NCBI RefSeq assembly: GCF_006345805.1
Contig: NC_043012.1
Span: forward strand, 4,650,001-4,714,000
Reading direction: 5' to 3'
DNA: 64,000 nucleotides
Source of the DNA: Octopus sinensis
Lineage: Eukaryota
Shown here: positions 53,553-64,000 of the stretch, piece by piece
Position numbering within the stretch: the first letter of the stretch is position 1
Layout of the letters: every line of letters begins with the position of its first letter
The notes under the pieces: generated by a model
What the model saw: the letters and a program-made list of their open reading frames with translations, nothing else
Told to the model about the DNA's origin: nothing
The model's database searches: none
Made by a program: the position numbers and the translations under genes

Positions 53553-54350
53553 TAATAGAAATATTAAAATAACTAAGTCTCTCTAAAAGAGAACAGCGGC
53601 AGCGTTCCCGAAAATAATAGTTATCGCCATACTAATATGGCATTCTTATAAAATAAGAAAAAAGCTGTCCGCTTATTAGCTCCATGAGGCCATCGCTTAA
53701 GTTAGCTATTTGATACACAAACTGTATCCATATACCTTCGAACAAGGAGGTCAGTCGCCACACTACTTTGACCGCAGCTACAGACGCGTTTCGGGTATTG
53801 CCCCTTTTCAATGCAGCTGCCGGTCAAGTAGTGTGGAGCGACTGACCCTCCTTGTTCGAGGTTATAATGGATACAGTTTGTGTATCAAATAGCTAACTTA
53901 AGCTGATGGCCTCATGGAGCTAATAAGCGGACAGCTTTTTCTTCTTTTATAAGAATGCAATATTAGTATGGCGATAACTATTATTTTCCGGGAACGCTGC
54001 CGCTGTTCTCTTTTAGAGAAGACTTAGTTATTTTAATATTCTATTATTGAAAACAAGTGGATGTATTCCACCGAAACTAGGTACATAAAACCATCGACAG
54101 AGATTGTCGGAAGCGACACCTACTGGCTGGCTACGCTCATGGAAAAGGGGCAATACCCCCGAAACGCGTCTGTAGCTGCCGGTCAAGTAGTGTGGAGCGA
54201 CTGAAGCTCCCTTGTTCGAAGTTATATGGATACAGTTTTGTGTATCAAATAGCTAACTTAAGGCGATGGCCTCATGGAGCTAATAAGCGGAACAGCTTTT
54301 TTCTTATTTTTATAAGAATGCCATATTAGTATGGCGATAACTATTATTTT
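53553..54350. mobile_element. Retrozyme/pLTR-like array: one inverted plus about 1.5 direct copies of a 360-bp unit
   Basis: cggtcaagtagtgtggagcgactga occurs at 53821 and 54180; 53553-53820 is the inverted copy; (TA)n flanks; no meaningful ORF. Confidence 0.85.
53774..53820 (-). ncRNA. Hammerhead motif, U3-A8 core variant, 9-bp stem I
   Basis: Minus strand: GCAGCTGCA TTGAAAA GGG GCAATA CCC GAAA CGCG TC TGTAGCTGC; degenerate direct copy at about 54129-54179. Confidence 0.85.
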
Positions 54351-55343
54351 ATATATATATATTTATATATATATTATTTGCGTTTTTTCTTTTATCACTA
54401 GCAGGGTATTATAGCTGTTTCCTCGTCTATTATCTCTACTGGGCTAAAAGTAATTAATGCTCAAATTCTTTGATTAAAAGAAAGAAATTAAAATTCTATG
54501 GCTTGTTCATGGATGGAAGAACAGTGCCAATGAACTTTTCAGGGCTTTCAATGCTGTCAGGAGGGACGGACGGACGGAGAGACGATATTGCACTCAGATT
54601 CGTGACTTGGATTCGATTCTTGCAGCAGGCATCGCTAACGGCACTCTATGGCAAAACCATGGTGCTAAACCGAGTACGTTTACCATCGATGAACAGAAAC
54701 ATCAAAATGAATTACGTTATTTTTTTTCGCTAGGATTTAAGCATAAACGTGAAAATCACTTATTGGAGGTTTTCGATTATTCTAAGTGCATCGCAGCTCG
54801 GACAATGTAATCAAATCCAATTCCAAATTGAATCGAATCCTTTTTAACTCTCTTAAAGTATTCTAGTCTACCTTTGACCCGTCGGATCTCCAATAGATCA
54901 AGGTATCCGAAAAAACTGCGTACCTCAGGAACCCGTGGCCCGATTTACGCGAAACTTGTTTTATTCTGTTTGTATTCGCATTTCAATGATGCCTTACTTT
55001 CAGTGTATTTTCCCATTATGTGCTGGTTTGGCTATTTATAAAGGTACACGAAAGAGCCGCGTATCTCAGGTACCGATTTATGTGAAACTTATCTTATTCC
55101 GTTTGTGGGATCGAACCGGAAAACAAACGAATTTCTTTCAAGCACAGTGGTGTAAATTAATATTAAATTCGAATATACATATCCCATATATATACTCTTT
55201 TACTCTTTTACTTGTTTCAGTCATTTGACTGCGACCTTGCTGGAGCACCGCCTTTAGTCGAGCAAATCGACCCCGGGACTTATTCTTTGTAAGCCCAGTA
55301 CTTATTCTATTGGTCTCTTTTGCGAATCAGCAAGTGTACAATT

Positions 55344-55619
55344 AAACACAAGAGAAAACTACCTTTAGCAGGTAATTTTTTTACACGCTAGAAGAAGCAG
55401 TCAAAACGACCCAAACAACATTTTAGAGTAATTTTCGAAGGGAATGAAAAAAACTTTTACCTTGTTATTTTTTTTGCCTTGTTATTATTTTAACAAGGTA
55501 AAAGTTTTTATTTTTCACTTCCTTCGAAAATTGCTCTTAAATGTGGTTTGGGTTGTTTTGATTGCTTCTTCTAGCGTGTAAAAAAATTACCTGTTAAAGG
55601 TAGTTTTCTCTTGTGTTTA
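55344..55619. repeat. Imperfect palindrome with about 125-bp arms
   Basis: taaacacaagagaaaactaccttta...ccttgtta / taacaaggta...gttttctcttgtgttta. Confidence 0.85.
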
Positions 55620-55620
55620 C

Positions 55621-55673
<53 letters not shown>

Positions 55674-55727
55674 TGTGTATCAGTGTATATACATGTGTAT
55701 ATATATGTGTGTGCATATATATGCATG

Positions 55728-55758
<31 letters not shown>

Positions 55759-56058
55759 TATATATATACATACATATTGTCACGTTTCAAGTGTTTACCT
55801 AGAAAATGAATACAAATAGAGGGCAAGAAGGAGATTATGTTAATCACCCTTGTCAGTTTTTATTTGTTTATCCCCAGTCTGGTTATTGAGATAAATAGAA
55901 CGGTGCTGAATTGGATTCAGCATCATAAGTACGTATCACCTGCTTTCACCTGTGGGCAAAACTCTGGCTTATATTCCACGCATCTGTTTCTGCGTTCATT
56001 TTCTTTGTTTTCCGCGATATGAATAGCAAATCTGTTTGTTATGTATATTTGCAATGTA

Positions 56059-56345
56059 CGAAGGTGAGCAAAAAAGTAATACCATTTTGTTTAGAACAGG
56101 TTTAATTACCGACACAGGAACATGTATCATACATCAAAATGGTGCTGGTCCCCTGTGGATCACATCCCTACTTCTCAACATTGTCATCGTTTCTCTCAAT
56201 AGCAATGTTCCACGTTCGAATGAGAGCCTGTATCTCTGTCTCGTATAAATTTCTGTTGACTGTTCATTGAGCCACTTCTTTATTACAGTTTTCACTTCCT
56301 AGTCACTGGACTATCACCTCCTCGTCCCCATGAAAGAGGGTTCGA
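56059..56345 (-). mobile_element. Mariner 3' end fragment
   Basis: Minus strand EEVKTVIKKWLNEQS...IQALIRTWNIAIERNDDNVEK*; terminal ta|cgaaggtg. Confidence 0.7.
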
Positions 56346-56368
56346 GAGGACAAACTCACACACACACA

Positions 56369-56409
<41 letters not shown>

Positions 56410-56572
56410 TATGTAGCTGTGGAGTAAGAAGCATGTTCCCCAACCACATGGTTTCGGGATCAGTACCACTGCGTGGCACCTTGGGCAAGTGTCTTCTAGT
56501 ATAGCCTCTGGCAGATCAAAGCGTTGTGAGTGGATTTGGTAGACGGAAACCGAAAGAAATCCGTCGTGTATG

Positions 56573-56612
<40 letters not shown>

Positions 56613-57130
56613 CCTGTCTCCTGTCAAAGCTCGTTTTTCCAGCGTTCACCACTTCATCTCATTATGGCCACAGTCAAAATGGCTGAAAGAAGTAAAAGAA
56701 CATATACATATATACCTACATACATACATACATACATACATACATACATACATACATACATACATACATACATACATACATACATCATACATACATACAT
56801 ACATACATACATACATACATACATACATACATACATACATACATACATACATACATACATACATACATACATACATACATCATACATACATACATACATA
56901 CATACATACATACATACATACATACATACATACATACATACATACATACATACATACTATATGGACTTCTTTCAGTTTCTATCTACCAAATACACTTACA
57001 AGCTTTCGGTCGGCCCGAGGCTATAGCAGAAGACGCTTGCTCAAGGTGCCACGCAGTGGGACTGAACCCGAAACCATGTGGCTGGGAAGCAAACTTCTTA
57101 CCAAACGGCCACGCCGGCACCTGTGTATGT

Positions 57131-57167
<37 letters not shown>

Positions 57168-57645
57168 TTTTTTTATATATAATACATATATATACATATA
57201 TATATATATATTTGAGCTTTTATATGTGTCTGTCCGTGCCTTTGTTTGTGTATATGAATTATATATGAGTGTTTGTACATATATTCGTCGGTCTCTTCTG
57301 TATGTAGCCATGGTCATGTGAGTCTGTGTGTGTGTGTGTACATGCGCGTGTGCGTTTTCGTGTATGAATATGTATGTATATATGTATGTATGTAAATACG
57401 TATGTATGTAAATACGTATGTATGTGTGCTAGTGTATCTATGACGCAAACACGCGCGCACACACTCACATTCATACGCGTGTTAATCATTCTAACTTGAG
57501 TGGGACTTCAGGTTTCGTTTTAACGTCTGGATCAGCCAGTTCTCTATATTCTCATACAATGATTAATAATATCAAATGTTCCATTAATATGTATAGGCAT
57601 AGTAACATTTCTATTAGGATTTACGCACATATATGAATATATACG

Positions 57646-57690
<45 letters not shown>

Positions 57691-58074
57691 ATGAATATAT
57701 ATAGAGAGATACATACACACCACCATGTACACAAATCGTACATATATAACATATGTATGTGAATATATATATATATATATATAGGAGAAGAAGAAGAAGA
57801 AGAAGAAGAAGAAGAAAAAGAAGAAGAAAAAGAAGAAGAAAGAAGAAGAAGAAGAAGAAGAAGAAAAAGAAGAAGAAGAAGAAGAAGAAGAAAAGAAGAA
57901 GAAAAAGAAGAAGAAGAAGAAGAAGAAGAAGAAGAAGAAGAAAAAAGAAGAAAAAGAAGAAGAAGAAGAAGAAGAAGAAGAAGAAAAAGAAGAAGAAAAG
58001 AAGAAGAAGAAGAAGAAGAAGAAGAAGAAGAAGAAGAAGAAGAAGAAGAAGAAGACGAAGAAAAAGAAGAACTC

Positions 58075-58335
58075 CTTCAGTTACGACTACGAGAGTTACG
58101 ATGACGTGCAAGTGGCTGAGCACTCCACAGACACGCGTACCCTGACGTAGTTCCCTGGGAGAATCAGCGTGACACAGAGTGTGACAAGGCTGGCCCTTTG
58201 ATATACAGGTACTACTCATTTTTGTCAGATGAATGGACTGGAGCAACGTGAAATAAAGTGTCTTGCTCAAGGACACAACGAGTAGCTGGGAATCGAACTC
58301 ACGACCTTACGATCGTCAGCCGAATACCCTAACCA
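58075..58335 (-). mobile_element. tRNA-derived SINE ending in a (CTT)n tract
   Basis: Minus-strand head gaaggcgcgttgcttagtggttaggg...gagttcgattccc. Confidence 0.85.
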
Positions 58336-61300
58336 CTAAGCAACGCGCCTTCACAGATTTATAGCAGGTCTACAGATCCATAGCAGGATTGAATAGTCAT
58401 CGAAGAGGTCATAGATGGAATGTCAGAAATGCCATTGACAATGCAGAAGCTCGGGGAGACGGCGATCGTCAGTATGTGTGAATGTATGTGTGAGTGTAGG
58501 ATTTCTGTGCATACGCTGCTCTTGCGATGACTTAACCGACAAAGACATCCTATAAGCGGGTAGTATCAAAAATAAGGAAGTTACGTTTTTGATCTACCCG
58601 GATGATCTTTCTGTATGAGGTGCAATAAGCTTGCATAAAATCTACCTTACTCACACCTCCTAAGCGTGTAAGAAATACCCAGAAACCGGATATTACCCGG
58701 TGTCATTTCGATCGACGACAAATTCCTTGTAACCTTTATTTTTTTATGGCGCTCGTAAATGTTGGCGATTTCCCTTGAAATATATGTTTTCAAAGGCGGG
58801 TAGGCATCGACAGCTAGCTAGCCATATTACTCCGGACTGATGATGAGCAATGAATAAAGGGTTTTCTAAGGCGGGTAGGCATCGACAGCTAGGGCTAAAT
58901 AACAGTAGCATTCTTCTCTTTTATGGGACTCTCAGATTAAGTTGACAACATACTATCACAGAAGACACTTTATTTCACGTTGCTTCAGTTTACTCTGCTG
59001 TTGATATGAGTTGCGATATCACTGGTGCCAAGCTGTATCGACATTTGCCTTTCCTTCGGATAACATCACTGGCATGGAGAGTGGAGGCTGATATGCATAG
59101 GCAACTGCTTGTCGGATTTGTGCCTTGGAGGGGAACTTTCAGTTTGCAATTCCATGGTCATTCATGACCGAAGGCATTCTATACCGATCACCCCTTTATT
59201 TCTTCACCATTACACGTGCTTCTTTTGCTAATTGGAGTTACAGAATATTACATGTTAGAAGAACATTTAAGAAATTTCCTTTTAGAACTTATTCAAACAA
59301 AGAATCAAATATTATTATAGAATTAGGTTATTATAGCATTATTTGATTCTCTGTCTGAAGAATTTATTATAGGAAATTTCTTACAAGTTTATCCATGTAC
59401 AAATTTGGATTTTTAACCAGAAAATGAAACATGTGCATTGGTGGAATAAATAACAAACCCCACATTTTACAGCTTCTAGTTTTGATAAAGATATACATAT
59501 ATGTGTGTGTGTATGTGTGTATGTAAGGGCGTGTGTGTTTGTGTTTATGTATGTGTGCGTGTGTGTGTGTTTATGCAAACGTACGCATGTATGTGCGTGT
59601 GTGTATGTATATATGTCTGTGTATAAACATATAGTAGAATAAGAAATAGGAAGTCCTTCGTATAGAATTATATATTTGAAAAACGAACAGAAACGACTTT
59701 TCTGATAATTTATCCACTTTAATAATTAGATGTCTATATGTTTAAACATCTAATTATTAAAGTGGGAAAATGATCAGAAACGCCATTTCTATTCAATTTC
59801 CAAATAAGCATATATATATATATATACATATATATATGTATGTGTGTGTGTGTGTGTATGTATATGTATATGTATATGTATACATGCCTGGTTAATGAGT
59901 TGGATGTGATGCTGAAGAAGGAACAATTACCCCTAAAAAGTGCATATACACCCATTACCTATCTTCCATCGCATTGTCTACGATGACGTTTTCGTTTGCG
60001 AAACTTATTGTCTTGTGTCGAATCGCTAAGTTACGGAGATGTAAACACGCCAACACTAGTTGTGAAGCGGTGAGGGAGGGCAAACATAGACGCACGCACA
60101 CACACACACACACACACATACACACACACACACACATTGTTTATTGAACACGACCTATCTGTCTGTCTATCTATCTATATATCTATCTATCTATCTAGTT
60201 AGCTAGCTAGCTATAGATACCTACATGCATACATGCATACATACATAGGTGCATCCATCCATCCATCCATCCATCCATCCACCCATCCATCCATCCATCC
60301 ATCCATACATGCATACATACATTCATACAAACATGTATATATCCGACGGGCTTTTCTCAGTTTCCGCCAACCAAATTCACTCACCAAGCTTTGGCAGGCA
60401 CGAAGCTATAGTAGAAGATACTTGCCAAAGGTGCCATGAAATGTGACTGAACCCAGAACCATATGAACTCAAGCTTTGAACTCCTTAGGATTTGAACTCA
60501 GAATGGAAAGCGTCGGAAGATATGCATCAAAGCTTTTTCTGAAGACTACTAAATCCTCTTCCATCCACAGCCATGAATTTGTCTCTACATTTTCTCAAAC
60601 CCTGAAGAATAAAAGGCAAAGCTGACCTCTGCCGGATTTGAACTCAGAATGTATAGAACCGGAAAACGAATTCCGGTTAACGAACGAAATTTGTTGGAGA
60701 CTCATACGATTGCCAGTTCGCCGCTGATGTAAAAACACTGACGGTGTTGTCACGGTTGGAATGCTCGATCAGGTTTGAATTGTGGTCTGAAGAGAAGGGA
60801 AGAAGAAGAAGAGGAGGGGGAGGTGGTGGTAGAGGAGGGGTGGTGGTGGTAGAGGAGGAGGAGGAGGAGAACAACGACAATTACAACATCAACGACAACA
60901 TGACCTGATGGGTGTTGTGCGGATCTGTCGAATGAATGAAGGAGACAAGTGAAAATGAAGTGTAAATTACAGGTGAGTTATATAGTCACACACGTTAATT
61001 AGAGTAATTAAAAGTGTTTAACAGTGACTGATGACCTGTACATTTATTACTACCACTACTACTACTACCACAATCACCACCACCACAACCACTAGCAGCA
61101 GCATCACCACTACCACCACCACCACTATCACCACCACCACCATAACCACCACCACCACCACCATCATCATCATCGACACTACTACGCAACTACCAACACC
61201 AACATAACAAAAACCACTACACACACACACATTGATATATGTACATATATATACATACATATACATATATAATATACATATATATACATATATATACATA

Positions 61301-61381
61301 AATATGTATACATTTATATACATATATATGTATATACATATATATATATATGCATTATATGTTATATATATATATAATATA

Positions 61382-61425
<44 letters not shown>

Positions 61426-62480
61426 CATATATATATATACACATTAATATATACATATATGCAAAGATATACATAGACACACACATATACATATGTATGC
61501 ATGTATATATTTACATTGTGAAACTATGAAAAGTGAAACAACATAAAATTGAAACTATTTATAACTTACTCCGTCGAAGGTTTCACTTTTATTCTTCGAG
61601 CTTTGAGACGTAATACGGACCCAGCGCCAATGTTGCATTGTTTTAATATAAAAAAAATTAGATTTTGACACTCCTAGGGTCTCATAGTATTGCCATGTAA
61701 AATTTGATTTGATTTGGTCGTGCCGTTTGAGAATGTATTGGGAACAGAGAGAGATACAAAAGGTTTTATATATATATATTTTAGATATAAAAACAAACAT
61801 TAATGTGTCTTATTAATCAGTGTATCTATCATGCAATTCGAGTTTCACGCCCTCAGCAATCTCGAGGCAAGAAACCAAAAGTTTTCCCCAGAGGATCGCA
61901 GCTGCATGAAACTCAAGTTGCTAAATAAACATTCAATTTCAAAAAATGATATACTCTACAATATGTATCGAGCACTTCGCTATAATTCTTTCCACACAAT
62001 TGTTCAATAATAGTGTATACATACATATACATATATAATTCCTAGATCGGGTGGTGCGTTGTGTTCTTGAGCAAACCACTTCATTACACGCGGCTCTGCG
62101 ATCACTTCGGCACCTGAAGTATGGTACACGGTGCATCGGTCCAGACAAAACTAATGCTGATGTGTTTACATCAGCAAGTTCTGGGGTCGATACATTCAAC
62201 TAAAAACTCGTCAAGGCCGTGCTCCAGCATGTCCGCAGTCTAATGACTGAAACCGATGGAACAAAAAATACAAGAATATATATATGTATATATATGTATA
62301 TATATGTATATTTATGTATATATATATATATATATATAATATCTATATATATATATTATATAATATATATATATATATAATATGTATATATATATGTATA
62401 CATATATATATATGTAACATATATATATATATATATATTATATATATTATACATACATACATACATACATACTACATACA

Positions 62481-62513
<33 letters not shown>

Positions 62514-62572
62514 TTATACATATATACATATATATATACATACTACATACTACATACATACATCACATATAT

Positions 62573-62625
<53 letters not shown>

Positions 62626-63151
62626 TTCTACTCGTGTGGAATAAAATCTTAGTTATATATATATATATATATATATGTAGGTCCCGGGTTGATTCGGGGT
62701 TAACCACAGTAAATAAGGTACTCAATACATAGCAGAGTAAAATTAATTTATATATTTTAGATATAAAAACAAACATTAATGTGTCTTATATATATATATA
62801 TATATACATATATACATATATACATATATATACATATATATACATATATATACATATATATACATATATATACAAGTATGTGCACATATCCACCTATATA
62901 TGCATGCATGCATACATACATACAGACACACAGACAGACAGACAGCCTTACGTAGATAAGTAAACAGGCACAAATAAAAAGGTGACAAAAAGGTAAGAAG
63001 ATAGATCGATCGCTAAATCGATCGATAGACAGACAGACAGACAGATAGATTGCTTCACAGAGGGTGGGAAAATAAGTGAAGCTTTCAGTGTGATGAGAAA
63101 ACAATATTCAAGCAAAGAAAACGAAATAATACAAAGGATAATTAAACGAAG

Positions 63152-63240
<89 letters not shown>

Positions 63241-63874
63241 TGATCGTCTTCTTTTCCTCTTCCCCTTTTTTTCCTCTTTTCTTCTTTTTTCATTTTTCTT
63301 TTCCTTTGTTCCTTTTCCCTTTTTTCCTTTTTTGTTTTCCTTTTTTTGTTCTTTTTTCCCTTTTACGGTCCCTTTTGATCGAAAACCTACGCAACCCTTT
63401 TTTTTTTTTTTCATCCCCCAAAAGAAAAGCTCTACCTTGTAACTTGTCCCATCTGTGTGCAGCCCTGTGTGGCCAATAAAGAAACTTATCTGTACTGTCT
63501 TTGATCCCTAGGAACCCTCAGGCTTGTTACCAGTTTCCGTGCCATAAAGGTACAAGTTTCAAGTCCAGTTTTAAAGTCAGTTTAAGGTCAGTTTAAGGCC
63601 AGTAACTTTTGAAGGGAGAAAACAAGTCGTGTATATCAACTACATTAACTCGACTGGTACTTTATTTTATGGACTCCGAGGGAATGAAAGGCAAATTTAA
63701 AACTCGGCGAGATTTGAACTAAGAACATAAAGTGCCAGAAGAAATACTGCTTAACATATTGTTCGACGCGCTAGCGATTGTGCCTACTCGCCTTACACAC
63801 ACACGCACAAAAAAAAAAAACGTACACACGCATATATATTTATACACACACACACATACACGCATACATATATA

Positions 63875-64000
63875 CAATAATCCCTCGCCATATCGCAGTT
63901 CACCTATCGCGGTTTATCATTTAAGCTTACATCAATTCCTCCATGGTGTTGGTTTGCATTTGTAATATAATAAATATATACAAATTATAAAAATAAAATA
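63875..64000. mobile_element. Possible pogo/Tigger-like terminal inverted repeat
   Basis: ta|CAATAATCCCTCGCCATATCGC resembles pogo-type ends; the partner end is not in the window. Confidence 0.35.

Noticed and set aside
58837-58860. CTGATGA as a hammerhead core
   Set aside because: No stem II, GAAA or stem I complement.

Overview
AT-rich, microsatellite-saturated eukaryotic DNA. The SINE, LINE and microsatellite landscape suggests a cephalopod, probably Octopus (inference). No intact protein-coding gene is demonstrable, and almost all ORFs in the supplied track are translations of simple repeats. The window is a patchwork of tRNA-derived SINEs (at least 3 families), decayed Tc1/mariner elements and MITEs, a Helitron, LINE fragments (Penelope-like, RTE, L1/Tx1, CR1/L2, R4/Dong-like), a U6 snRNA pseudogene, a 100-N gap and a few speculative minus-strand exons. 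The most striking signal is a dense set of about 17 minimal type-I hammerhead ribozyme motifs, found by eye, from several unrelated sequence families. Their pattern is stem I - YYGANRA - stem II - GAAA - short palindromic stem III - UH - stem I'. Most sit in inverted-repeat or tandem units embedded in (TA)n, some flanking Penelope ORF remnants and many with no ORF at all. This looks like a diverse Penelope pLTR / retrozyme-like system, including a 360-bp tandem unit and fold-back palindromes whose axis coincides with the ribozyme. All coordinates and pairings were read manually and not computed.
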